The notes under the pieces are model-generated. The model worked only from the letters and a program-made list of their open reading frames with translations, was not told where the DNA came from and did not search any database. The position numbers and the translations under genes were made by a program. A DNA stretch of 62,731 nt, filler included, from Thermodesulfobacteriota bacterium (GTDB lineage: Bacteria > DASVDK01): the NCBI GenBank assembly GCA_036381125.1. It is 9 parts of 9 records of this genome, joined end to end, with 100 filler letters (N's around TTAATTAATTAA, not from the genome) between each part and the next. Parts side by side here need not be neighbours in the genome. Positions count along the whole stretch, not along the records: positions 1 to 7,826 come from DASVDK010000233.1; positions 7,927 to 12,461 come from DASVDK010000234.1; 7 more parts are not named here. One strand, written 5' to 3'. Below, in pieces: positions 1-9,223 of the stretch (positions are counted from its first letter, which is position 1; every line of letters begins with the position of its first letter).

Positions 1-2
1 TC

Positions 3-479
3 GCGTCGCGCGTCGTCAAGCCGGGCGAACCGGCGCGGCTCGTGTGCGAGCGGTGCGGCCGGATCTTCTGGCAGGACCCCAAGCTTGCCGCCGGCACGCT
101 CTTCACGTACGAGGGGAAGCTCGTCCTGCTCAGGCGCGGCATCGAGCCGGCGTACGGCAAGTGGGTCTTCCCGGGCGGCTTCGTCGATCGGGGAGAGGTC
201 GTGGCGGACGGGGCGGTCCGCGAGACCTGGGAGGAGGCGCGCGTCCGCGTGGCGGTGACGGACCTGCTCGGGCTCTACTCCTACCCCGAGCGGCCGGTCG
301 TGGTGGTGGTGTACGCCGCGCGGATCGTCGAGGGCGTGCCGACCGCGGCCGACGAGACGCTCGAGGTGGGGCTCTTCGGTCCCGACGAGATCCCCTGGGA
401 CGACCTCGCCTTTCCCTCCACGCGCGACGCCGTCCGCGACTACGTGGCCCGCGTCTTGTCCCGCCCCTCGACGCCCTGA
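3..479 (+). CDS. NUDIX hydrolase with N-terminal zinc ribbon (5' partial)
   Basis: Frame open from contig start (ASRVVKPGEPARLVCERCG); Nudix box GGFVDRGEVVADGAVRETWEEARV. Confidence 0.9.
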   Translation, partial: ASRVVKPGEPARLVCERCGRIFWQDPKLAAGTLFTYEGKLVLLRRGIEPAYGKWVFPGGFVDRGEVVADGAVRETWEEARVRVAVTDLLGLYSYPERPVVVVVYAARIVEGVPTAADETLEVGLFGPDEIPWDDLAFPSTRDAVRDYVARVLSRPSTP

Positions 480-521
480 CGAACGGGCGGCCGGCACCCG
501 CCGTCGTGGCGCGCGGGCCGC

Positions 522-799
522 GGCCCGGGGCCGCTGGCGCGGGGGCGCGAATCGGGCTCCGGTGCTGGCGTGCCGCCCACGGACCGCATTGCCGGCGCTC
601 CGGCCTTCGGCCGGGCCCCCGCTTCGCGGGGGCGCAAATCGGGCTCCTGTGCTGGCGTGCCGCCCACGGACCGGCGTCACGGCGCTCCGGCCTTCGGCCG
701 GGCCCCGTTGTGCGGGGCGTGGAGCGGCGCCTGTTCTCGGGTGCCGCCCACGGACCGCACTGCCGGCGCTCGGGCCTTCGGCCCGGGGCCGCTGGCGCG
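522..799. repeat. Three imperfect ~85-87 bp tandem repeats between convergent genes
   Basis: Core GTGCCGCCCACGGACC at 570, 657 and 741, each followed by GGCGCTC-GGCCTTCGGCC; GGCCCGGGGCCGCTGGCGCG at 522 and 780. Confidence 0.85.
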
Positions 800-812
800 G
801 CCCGCATTCACG

Positions 813-1571
813 CTACTTGCCAGCGGCTAGGTGGCGGTCGACGAAGGCGTCGATGGCCGCCCACGCCTCGCGCGCCGCGTCCGGGCGGAAGGTGGGCCGG
901 TCCTCGTTGAGGAACGCGTGCCCCGCACGCGGGTAGACGATCATCTCGAACTCCTTCTCGGCCCCCTTGAGCGCGTGGCGCAGCATCTCGAGGTGCTGGG
1001 GCGTGATGAGGTCGTCCTCCTGACCGAAGATGCCGAGGAGGGGGCAGCCGAGGCGCTCCACGTAGTCCAGCGGGTGGCGCGGCTTGAGGTCGGTGAGTTC
1101 GGGATAGAGGACGCGGCCGTAGCAGTTGACCACGGCCGAGAGGCTCCCGGTGGAGCCGGCCAGCATCATGGCGAGCGCGCCGCCGATGCAGAACCCGATG
1201 GCGCCGACCGGTCGCGGCCCCTCGGGCGTGCCCGCACCGACCTGGGCGTCGCGGCGGAGCCAGTCGATCCCGCCGTGGAGGCTGCGCAGGATCACCCGGT
1301 CGGGGAGGCTGGCCATGACCGCGCGGCCCGCAGCCAGGTCGTAGAGGTCGGGATCGCGGTGCGCCAGACCGGTGTAGAGGTCCACCGCCAGCGCCACGTA
1401 CCCTCGCTCGGCGAACCGCTGGCACACCCGCCTGAGGTCGCTCGTGAGGCCGAAGACCTCCTGCACGACGAGAATGGCCGGCCGGGGGCCGGGATCGCCG
1501 GGACGGACCAGGTAGGCGTCGAGCGGCCCCGACTCGCCCTCCACCGTCACCATCTGCACCTGTGTCTGCAC
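813..1571 (-). CDS. Dienelactone hydrolase family protein
   Basis: VVQEVFG, GFCIGG nucleophile motif, GQEDD, YPRAGHAF; GGAGGA RBS before GTG at 1571 (start trimmed from the 802-aa ORF). Confidence 0.9.
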   Translation of the reverse strand: MQTQVQMVTVEGESGPLDAYLVRPGDPGPRPAILVVQEVFGLTSDLRRVCQRFAERGYVALAVDLYTGLAHRDPDLYDLAAGRAVMASLPDRVILRSLHGGIDWLRRDAQVGAGTPEGPRPVGAIGFCIGGALAMMLAGSTGSLSAVVNCYGRVLYPELTDLKPRHPLDYVERLGCPLLGIFGQEDDLITPQHLEMLRHALKGAEKEFEMIVYPRAGHAFLNEDRPTFRPDAAREAWAAIDAFVDRHLAAGK

Positions 1572-1612
1572 GGAGTCCTCCGCCCGGTCCCGAGCCGCCG
1601 CGGCGCTCGGCC

Positions 1613-2776
1613 CTAGTGCTTGTAGAACGGCAGCGCGCTCACCACGGCCGGCCGGTCGGGTCTCGGGGCGGCGGCGCCCGGCGCCGGCCGCGTCCCCACG
1701 ACGACCCGGGTCGAGGGCTCGGCCGCCTCGCGGCGGACCATGGCGAGCGCGATCGTCCGGCCGACCGTCGGCCCGTCCACCAGGCTGGTGATCCGGCCGA
1801 CCTCCTTGTCGGCGAAGCGAATCGGGTCGCCGGCCGCCACGCCCTCGGCTCCCTCCGGGAAGACGAGCCCCACGAGCAGCCGGTTCACGTGCCCGATGTA
1901 CGTCGCCCTGGCGATCACCTCCTGCCCCGTGTAGCAGCCCTTGTTGAGGGAGATGGCGTGCGCGAGGCGCGCCTCGAGCGGGTTGGTCGCCGTGTCCATG
2001 TCGACGCCGAACCAGGGGATGCCCGCCTCGACGCGCAGCGAGTCGAGCGCCCGGAACCCGGCCGGCCGAAGGCCCAGGGGGCGGCCCGTCTCGAGGAGGC
2101 GATCGTAGAGCGCCACGACGCGGGGCGTCGGGCAGAGGATCTCGAAGCCGTCCTCGCCGGTGGCGGAGTGGCGGCAGACACGCACCTCGACCGGCTCGCC
2201 CCCCGGCAGGTCGACGCGGCGCGTGAGGTTCGCCAGCGTGGCCGCCGGCGGCAGCGGGCCGCCGAGCGCCGCCTCGACGACCGCGGCGGAGGCCGGCCCC
2301 TGCACGAGCAGGCTCGCGAGCCGCTCCGAGAGGTCGGTGAACACGACGCGGTCGGCGACGCGGAAGTGGTTCAGGTGGTCGATGACGGCCCGCGCGGCGC
2401 CGGGCGGCGTCACCAGGAGGAACGTCTCGCCGACGGCGTAGATGCGCAGGTCGGCCACCATCTTCCCGGTCGGGGTGAGGGTGGCGGCGTATGCCCCCTG
2501 CCCGTCGACGAGCGGACGCAGGTCGGCGGTGACCTGGCCGTTCAGGAAGCGGACGCGGTGCGGGCCCTGCGCCTCCACGATGCCGAGGTAGGCGGTGTCG
2601 AAGAGGCCGGCCGATTCGCGGACCGCACGGTGCTCGGCGATCGGGTCGCCGAAGTGCGCGGCCACCTCGAAGCCGTCGGGCGCCCCGGGGCCGCCGTCGT
2701 CCGGTCCGGCGAAGACCGTGGCGAAGGTCGCTCCGAGCGCCCGCTCGTGGTCGAACAGCGGTGTCGAGCGCGGCAT
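1613..2776 (-). CDS. ygfZ: YgfZ/GcvT-family folate-binding protein
   Basis: KGCYTGQEVIAR signature; GcvT-like N-terminus. Confidence 0.85.
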   Translation of the reverse strand: MPRSTPLFDHERALGATFATVFAGPDDGGPGAPDGFEVAAHFGDPIAEHRAVRESAGLFDTAYLGIVEAQGPHRVRFLNGQVTADLRPLVDGQGAYAATLTPTGKMVADLRIYAVGETFLLVTPPGAARAVIDHLNHFRVADRVVFTDLSERLASLLVQGPASAAVVEAALGGPLPPAATLANLTRRVDLPGGEPVEVRVCRHSATGEDGFEILCPTPRVVALYDRLLETGRPLGLRPAGFRALDSLRVEAGIPWFGVDMDTATNPLEARLAHAISLNKGCYTGQEVIARATYIGHVNRLLVGLVFPEGAEGVAAGDPIRFADKEVGRITSLVDGPTVGRTIALAMVRREAAEPSTRVVVGTRPAPGAAAPRPDRPAVVSALPFYKH

Positions 2777-2982
2777 GGGCGTCCTTTCGACAGGGCGTCA
2801 GTCTATCACCGCCGGCGCCGGGCGCGCGAAGCTTCCGGAATCGCTCTCGATTTCCGAGCGCGAGCCCGAGGCCATCGACGCCGGTGCTCCGGATCGAGCA
2901 TGGGCTCGGTCCCGGGGCGGCGCCGCCGAGGGTCGGTCCGGACCCGGGGCCGCCTGCTAGACTTTTCGCAGGGAGGTTCCCG

Positions 2983-4656
2983 ATGCCGCTTGCCGAGTCG
3001 ATGGCGAGCCTTGCCGACCAGATCCTCGAGGACCGCTGGAGGACCTCGCCGGTCGCGGCCACCCTCGATGGCGTGCACCGGTACGACCGAGAACTCGACG
3101 AGGTCGGCGCCGACGCGCTGGCCGACGCGGCGGCGCGCCAGCGGGCCTGGCTGGCCCGCCTCGCGGACATCGATCGGGCCGCGCTGCCGACCGAGGCGCG
3201 CCTCGACCACGCCGTCCTCACCGGGTACCTCGAGGCGGCGATCGACGCCTACGAGCACGTCCGGGCCTGGCAGAAGGACCCGAGCGGCTACGCGAGCACC
3301 GCCCTCTACGGCGTCTTCCCGCTCGCGCTGCGTACGTTCGCGCCGGCCGAGGCGCGCGCCGAGGCGGCGGCCTCGCGCCTCGCGCAGGTCCGGCGGTTCC
3401 TCGACCAGGCGCGCGCGAACCTCGAGCGCGCCACCGGGGGGCGCGTCTCGCCGCGGGTCTTCACCGAGACGGCCATCGAGGTCGTGCGGGGCGGCCAGGC
3501 CTTCTTCGCCGAGGTCGTGCCGCGCCTGGCCGAGCCGCTCGCGTCGCACACGCTCAAGCGGCAGCTCCTCGAGGCCAACGCCGACGCCATGGCGGCCTTC
3601 GCGGACTACCTCGAGTGGCTCCGGAGCGTCCACCTGCCGCGCTCGACCGGCAGCTTCGCCATCGGGCGCGAGGCCTTCGACCTCAAGCTGCGCACCGAGC
3701 ACGGCCTGCCCTACGACGCCGACCAGCTCGCCGCCATCGGCCGCGAGGCGATGGAGCAGACCGAACGGAGCCTCGCCGCGCTCGCGCGCACGATCGACCC
3801 GAACCGGAGCTGGATGGAGCAGGTCGAGGCGCTCAAGCGCGACCATCCCACCGCCGCGGGGCTCCTCGACGCCTACCGCGCCGAGATGGCCCGCGCCCGC
3901 GCGTTCGTCGTCGAGCACGGGCTCGTCACGCTGCCGCCGGACGAGTCGCTCGAGGTGATCGAGACGCCGGTCTTCGAGCGGCCGCTCGTCCCGTACGCGG
4001 CCATGATGCCGCCGGCGCCGTTCGACGCGGAGCAGAAGAGCCTCTTCTACGTGACCCCGGTCGACGCGACGCGTCCCGAGGCCGAGCAGTGGGAGCAGCT
4101 CAAGGGGCACTCGACGCACGCCATCCCGGTGACCGCCCTGCACGAGGCCTATCCGGGGCACCACCTGCAGATCTCCCGGGCCAACCGGATCGCGTCGAAG
4201 GTGCGCCGCGTGCTGTCGACGCCGGTCTTCGTGGAGGGCTGGGCCCTCTACTGCGAGGAGATGATGTACGAGGCGGGCTACTACCCCGACCCGCGCGTAC
4301 GCCTCTTCCAGCTCAAGGACCTGCTGTGGCGCGCCTGCCGCGTGGTGATCGACGTCGGCCTGCACTGCTCGGGGATGACGCCGGCCGAGGCGGTGGACCT
4401 GCTCGTCACGCGGGCTCACCTCGAGCGCGCCAACGCGGAGGCCGAGGTCCGCCGCTACTGCGCCACGCCGACGCAGCCGATGTCCTACCTGATCGGCCGG
4501 CGCGAGATCCTCGCCCTGCGCGACGCCTACCGGGACCGGGGCGGCAAGCCGTTCGCGCTCGGCGCCTTCCACGACGCGATCCTCTCGTACGGCAGCATCC
4601 CCGTCGGCCTGATCCGCGAGGCCATCCTCGCCAGGCAGGCCGGTAAGCGCGCATGA
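2983..4656 (+). CDS. DUF885 family protein (putative metallopeptidase)
   Basis: HEAYPGHHLQ, EGWALYCE, EVRRY..PTQPMSYLIG, FHDAILSYGSIP; GGGAGG RBS before ATG 2983. Confidence 0.85.
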   Translation: MPLAESMASLADQILEDRWRTSPVAATLDGVHRYDRELDEVGADALADAAARQRAWLARLADIDRAALPTEARLDHAVLTGYLEAAIDAYEHVRAWQKDPSGYASTALYGVFPLALRTFAPAEARAEAAASRLAQVRRFLDQARANLERATGGRVSPRVFTETAIEVVRGGQAFFAEVVPRLAEPLASHTLKRQLLEANADAMAAFADYLEWLRSVHLPRSTGSFAIGREAFDLKLRTEHGLPYDADQLAAIGREAMEQTERSLAALARTIDPNRSWMEQVEALKRDHPTAAGLLDAYRAEMARARAFVVEHGLVTLPPDESLEVIETPVFERPLVPYAAMMPPAPFDAEQKSLFYVTPVDATRPEAEQWEQLKGHSTHAIPVTALHEAYPGHHLQISRANRIASKVRRVLSTPVFVEGWALYCEEMMYEAGYYPDPRVRLFQLKDLLWRACRVVIDVGLHCSGMTPAEAVDLLVTRAHLERANAEAEVRRYCATPTQPMSYLIGRREILALRDAYRDRGGKPFALGAFHDAILSYGSIPVGLIREAILARQAGKRA

Positions 4657-5870
4657 CGGCGGGCGCCGTCCGCGCGCGCATCGCCGAGATCCAGGCGGCG
4701 CTTCGCGAGGCGGGTCTCGACGGCTGGCTCTTCGCCGTCTTCCGCGGGTCGGACCCGATCGCGTCGACGGTCCTCCAGCTCCCCCCCGGCCACGAGTCGC
4801 GGCGGTGGTTCTACTACGTCCCGGCCGAGGGGCGCCCCCGCAAGCTCGTCCACGCGATCGAGGCGGGCCGGCTCGACGCCCTGCCGGGCGACCGCACGCT
4901 CTACGCAAGCTGGCAGGCCCTGCACGAGGGACTCGGCGCCGTCCTCGCCGGCGCGCGGCGGGTCGCCATGCAGTACTCGCCCATGAACGCGATCCCGTAC
5001 GTCTCGCGCGTGGACGCCGGCACGGTCGAGCTGGTCCGCGCCGCCGGCTGCGAGGTCGTCTCGTCGGCCGACCTGGTGCAGCGGTTCGAGGCCGTCTGGA
5101 CCCCGGAGCAGGCCGCGAGCCATCTGCGCGCCGCCGCGGCGCTCCGCGCGGTCATCGACGCCGCGTTCGACGAGGTCCGCCGCGCGGTGCGCGGCGGCAG
5201 GCGGCTCGACGAGTACGGGCTCCAGCAGTTCATCCTCGACGAGTTCGGCCGCCGCGGCCTCACGACCGACCACCCGCCCGGCGTCGCCGTGGGCGCCAAC
5301 ACCGCCGACCCTCACTACGGCCCCGGCCCCGACCGGTCGGTCGAGATCCGCGAGGGCGACATCCTGCAGCTCGACATCTGGGCGCGCGAGGCGGCCTCGC
5401 CCGACTCGATCTACGCGGACATCACCTGGAGTGCGGCGGTGAGCCGCACGGTCTCGGCCGAGCATGCCCGCACCTTCGAGCTGGTGCGCCGCGCCCGGGA
5501 TACCGGCATCCGGCTGGTCGCCGAGCGGGTCGCCCAGGGGCGTCCGGTCCACGGCTACGAGGTCGACGACGCCGTCCGGGCGGTCATCCGCGAGGCCGGG
5601 CTCGCCGACCGGTTCGTCCACCGCACCGGCCACTCCATCGGCCGGCTCGTGCACGGCAACGGCGCGAACGTGGACAACTTCGAGACGAGGGACGGGCGGC
5701 GGCTCCTGCCCGGGACCGGCTTCTCCATCGAGCCCGGCGTCTACTTCGAGGGGCGATTCGGCGTGCGCAGCGAGGTCGACGTCTACATCGAGCCCGGCGA
5801 CGGCACGCGCGGCCCCAGGGCCATCGTCACGGGCGAACCGATCCAGACCGAGGTCGTGGCGCTCCTCTGA
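4653..5870 (+). CDS. M24 family Xaa-Pro aminopeptidase
   Basis: DPHY, LDIWA..YADIT, HRTGHSIG, FSIEPGVY, GVRSE; ATGA overlap with the upstream gene. Confidence 0.9.
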   Translation: MTAGAVRARIAEIQAALREAGLDGWLFAVFRGSDPIASTVLQLPPGHESRRWFYYVPAEGRPRKLVHAIEAGRLDALPGDRTLYASWQALHEGLGAVLAGARRVAMQYSPMNAIPYVSRVDAGTVELVRAAGCEVVSSADLVQRFEAVWTPEQAASHLRAAAALRAVIDAAFDEVRRAVRGGRRLDEYGLQQFILDEFGRRGLTTDHPPGVAVGANTADPHYGPGPDRSVEIREGDILQLDIWAREAASPDSIYADITWSAAVSRTVSAEHARTFELVRRARDTGIRLVAERVAQGRPVHGYEVDDAVRAVIREAGLADRFVHRTGHSIGRLVHGNGANVDNFETRDGRRLLPGTGFSIEPGVYFEGRFGVRSEVDVYIEPGDGTRGPRAIVTGEPIQTEVVALL

Positions 5871-5891
5871 CGGAGTGTGGAGGGACCAGAG

Positions 5892-6242
5892 ATGCTCACG
5901 GTGAACTGGGACGCGGTGCCGGCCGAGCGGATCAACGACGCGATCACCCGAAGGCTCGTGACCGGCGAGAAGGTGATGCTCTGCCGATGGACCATGCGCG
6001 CGGGCGCGGCCGTGCCGGCCCACAGCCACCCGCACGAGCAGGTCGCCTGGATGCTGAGCGGCTCGATGCGGATGCGCGTGGGGGACCGGTGGCTCGACTG
6101 CCGGGCCGGCGACGTCGTGGTCATCCCCGGCGGGACCGAGCACGAGGCGAGCTTCCCGACCGACTGCGAGGTCGTCGACGTCTTCTCGCCGCCCCGCGAG
6201 GACATGCTCGCGAAGAGCGAGACCTATCTCGCCCGGGGATAA
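5892..6242 (+). CDS. Cupin domain protein
   Basis: HSHPHEQ..G...GDVVVIPGGTEH, DVFSPPRED. Confidence 0.9.
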   Translation: MLTVNWDAVPAERINDAITRRLVTGEKVMLCRWTMRAGAAVPAHSHPHEQVAWMLSGSMRMRVGDRWLDCRAGDVVVIPGGTEHEASFPTDCEVVDVFSPPREDMLAKSETYLARG

Positions 6243-6243
6243 C

Positions 6244-6320
6244 GGGGTCGGGCCTCGACGTTTTCCACGGGGTCAGGCCTTTCCGTTTTCCATGCGGGAG
6301 AGCGTCGAGGCCTGACCCTT
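6244..6320. repeat. 25-bp GGGGTCAGG..TTTTCCA repeat family: two direct units plus one inverted unit
   Basis: 6244 GGGGTCGGGCCTCGACGTTTTCCAC; 6269 GGGGTCAGGCCTTTCCGTTTTCCAT; inverted GGAGAGCGTCGAGGCCTGACCCT at ~6297-6319. Confidence 0.85.
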
Positions 6321-6376
6321 TGTGATGCGGCGCGCTTGGCAAGTGCGCCGGGGGCATCTACACTCCCCTTCCCACG

Positions 6377-7639
6377 GTGCGCCTCCTCCGCGCCCTCGAC
6401 TCGCGCAACTACCGCCTGTTCTTCGCGGGCCAGGGCATCTCCCTCATCGGCGGGTTCATGACGCGGGTCGCGTCGGCCTGGCTGGTCTACCGTCTGACCG
6501 ACTCGCCGTTCCTGCTCGGCTTCGTCAGCTTCGCCTCGACCATCCCCACGTTCGTCCTCGGGCCCCTGGTCGGCCCGCTCGTCGACCGGTCGAACCGCGT
6601 CGCCCTGGTCGTCGGCGCGAAGGTGCTCTCCATGCTCGTCTCGCTCGCGCTCGCCGCCCTCGCCTTCTCGGGGGCGATCGAGGTCTGGCACATCGTGGCC
6701 CTGAACCTCTGCCAGGGGCTCGTGGACGTGGTCGAGGTGCCGGCGCGCCAGTCGCTCGTCGTCGACCTGGTCGAGCGGCGCGACGACCTGCCGAACGCCA
6801 TCGCCCTCAACTCCTCCCTCTTCAATGCGGCCCGCCTCGTCGGGCCGTCCATCGGGGGGCTCGTCATCGCCGCCGCGGGCGAGGCGGCCTGCTTCCTCGC
6901 GGACGCCCTCTCGTACCTGGCGATCATCGCGGCGCTGCGCGCCATGCGCCTGCCGCCCAGGCCGCCGCGAGCGTCCATCGTCCCCTTCGGCCGCCAGTTG
7001 CGCGAGGGCCTCGGTTACGCCCTCGGGTCGAGCCCCATCCGGGCGGTGCTGCTCCTCCTCTCGCTGACGAGCCTCGCGGGGATGCCCTACGTGACGCTCG
7101 CGCCGGTCATGGCACGAGACGTGCTCGGCGGCGGCCCCGAGACGCTCGGCTTCCTCATGGCGTCGATCGGCATCGGCGCCCTCGGCGGCACCATGTTCCT
7201 CGCCGCGCGGACGAGCGTGCGCGGGTTCGGGACGATCATCGCCGCGGCCGCCGCCGTCTTCGGCATGGCGGCCGGCGTCTTCGCCCTCTCGCAGGTGTTC
7301 TGGCTCTCGTCGCTCGCGCTCGCCGTCGCGGGGGCCGGCATGATCGTCCACTCGGCCGCCGCCAACACGGTCCTCCAGACGCTCGTGGGGGACGAGATGC
7401 GCGGGCGGATCATGAGCCTCTACGCGGTCGCCGTGATCGGCATGATGCCCTTCGGCAGCCTCGGCGCCGGGGCGCTCGCGAGCCAGGTCGGCGCGCCGAC
7501 GACGATCCTCGCCGGCGGCCTGCTCTGCCTCGTCGGCTCGGCGCTCTTCGCGAGGCAGCTGCCGGCGCTGCGCACGGCGGTGCGGCCGGCCTGGGCGCGG
7601 CCTGCCGCGGGCGTGCCGGTGGCGGGTGGGCGAGACTAG
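6377..7639 (+). CDS. MFS transporter (MFS_3/DUF894-like)
   Basis: RNYRLFFAGQGISLIG, PARQSLV, NAIALNSSLFNAARLVGPSIGG; about 12 hydrophobic segments. Confidence 0.9.
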   Translation: MRLLRALDSRNYRLFFAGQGISLIGGFMTRVASAWLVYRLTDSPFLLGFVSFASTIPTFVLGPLVGPLVDRSNRVALVVGAKVLSMLVSLALAALAFSGAIEVWHIVALNLCQGLVDVVEVPARQSLVVDLVERRDDLPNAIALNSSLFNAARLVGPSIGGLVIAAAGEAACFLADALSYLAIIAALRAMRLPPRPPRASIVPFGRQLREGLGYALGSSPIRAVLLLLSLTSLAGMPYVTLAPVMARDVLGGGPETLGFLMASIGIGALGGTMFLAARTSVRGFGTIIAAAAAVFGMAAGVFALSQVFWLSSLALAVAGAGMIVHSAAANTVLQTLVGDEMRGRIMSLYAVAVIGMMPFGSLGAGALASQVGAPTTILAGGLLCLVGSALFARQLPALRTAVRPAWARPAAGVPVAGGRD

Positions 7640-7826
7640 GGGCTGTCCGCAGGGGACGGCCGCGTCGGGACGAGGAGCCGAAACTCGGCCCGCTCCCGCT
7701 CGTCCATCTGGTCGACGAGTCCCATCTCCCAGACCAGACAGCGTCGAGAAGCCTCGAGGTTCCCCTGGTGTCGGTCGTGGACGAAGAAGAGGTAGTCGTA
7801 GTCGATGGCGCTCGCGTCGTCCGGCT
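7636..7826 (-). CDS. C-terminal fragment of a multi-domain rhodanese-like sulfurtransferase (5' partial; absent from ORF track)
   Basis: Manual translation PDDASAIDYDYLFFVHDRHQGNLEASRRCLVWEMGLVDQMDERERAEFR* resembles the DYLFFVHDRH..YLxWE tail I recall from such proteins. Confidence 0.65.
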
Positions 7827-7926
7827 NNNNNNNNNNNNNNNNNNNNNNNNNNNNNNNNNNNNNNNNNNNNTTAATTAATTAANNNNNNNNNNNNNNNNNN
7901 NNNNNNNNNNNNNNNNNNNNNNNNNN
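7827..7926. other. Artificial contig spacer
   Basis: 44 N + TTAATTAATTAA + 44 N. Confidence 0.99.
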
Positions 7927-9010
7927 CGGGGCGCTGCTCGCGCTCGGCATCGTCGCGCCGGCGGGCGACCTGCGCGTCGCCGACCGCGGCGAGCCGGGCG
8001 TCGAGGCGGTCGGCCGAGATCACCTCGCGGAAGGCGCGCAGCACGAGTCGGGGCACCGGGCTCACGACGGCGCGCTCGTCCGTGGGGGGAGGGCCGGCGG
8101 CGGCGGCGACGCGGTAGCTCCCCTCGGGCCAGGCGAGCGCCCCGAGGACGATCGCCTCCATCTGCTGCACGATCGCGTCGTCGAGCTGAGCCTGGGTGAG
8201 GTCGCCGCGCTCCACGAGCACCTGCCCGAGGCGGTGGCTCGTCTCGAGCGCCTCCTTGAGGCCCGGCTCGTACCGGTCGCGCGGCAGGACCCCGAGCCTG
8301 AGGAGCACGCGGCCGAGCCGCTCCTCCGTGAGGGTGGTCGTGCACCAGACGATCTGGCCCTTTTCGAGGACGATCCGCTTCTCCCCGTCCGGGCGGGTCA
8401 CCGTCAGCGTGCCGGTCCAGCCCTTGCGCCAGGCGTTGGCGAGGCCGACGAGGAGGCCCGAGCCGGGCGGTGCGCCGGCCGGGGCGCGTGCCGGCGTCGG
8501 GGCCGGCGCGGCCGGGAGCGCTGCAGGGGCTCTCGCCGCGGCCACCTCGGCCCGCGCCTGCGGCACCGGCGGCGCCATGAGCCGCGCCGTCTCGCCGTCC
8601 GGCGGCGGCTGGGCCGCGGGAGGGGAGAGCGGCAGGTGCTGCTGCACCAGGTCCACGACTTCGGGCAGGGAGAGCGGCTTGGTGAGGAACGCGATCGCCC
8701 TGGCCTCGTCCTTCATCCGCCGCTGGTCGGCGAGGCGCCCCCTGGAGAAGGCGCTCATGAGGACGACGATCGGGACCTCCCGCTCCGGCAGCTCGTGATG
8801 GAGCGCCCTGGCGAGGTCGACGCCGCTGCCGTCCGGCAGGACGACGTCGCACAGGATCAGATGGGGCCTCTGGGCCCGAGCGGCTTCGAGCCCTTGCTGG
8901 AAGCGGGCGGCACCGACCACCTCGTAGCCCCGCCCTCGCAACGCCGTGGCGGCAAGGTCCCTCGTGTACGGGTCGTCGTCGATGACCAGGATACGGGGGG
9001 CGGGCGGCAT
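7927..9010 (-). CDS. Response regulator: REC + Pro/Ala linker + DUF4388/PATAN-like domain (3' partial)
   Basis: ILVIDDD, ILCDVVLPDGSG, FLTKP; then WTGTLTV..EKRIVLEKGQIV..ERLGRVLLRLG..RLGQVLVERG. Confidence 0.8.
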
Positions 9011-9019
9011 GGCCGGCCG

Positions 9020-9048
9020 GATATACACGCCCGGCGTGGAGGTGTCAA
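9020..9048 (-). promoter_or_regulatory. Putative sigma70 promoter for the response regulator
   Basis: Minus strand TTGACA-N17-TATATC, 9 nt before ATG; the -10 box is imperfect. Confidence 0.5.
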
Positions 9049-9223
9049 CGGGCTGCGGGGTGAGGAGGGGCGCGGCGTCGGCGTGGACGCTGCCCGGGGC
9101 TTCGACGTATCCTCCTCGTCGACGGCGACGGCTCCTGCCCTTCGCCGGCATGCACACCACCGACTGGAAGCGCTTCGTCCGGGGCAGATCGGCATCTGCC
9201 TGCGCGGGGAGGGAGACTGCACG

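Noticed and set aside
522-799. Possible CRISPR array
   Set aside because: The sequences between the cores are similar to each other, so this is a tandem repeat.
813-3221. 802-aa ORF as one fusion protein
   Set aside because: Only the last 252 aa are a hydrolase with its own RBS; the rest is an off-frame read over ygfZ.
7827-7926. Recurring TTAATTAATTAA within N-runs (8 times)
   Set aside because: Artificial all-frame-stop linker between contigs; ORFs running into it are truncations.
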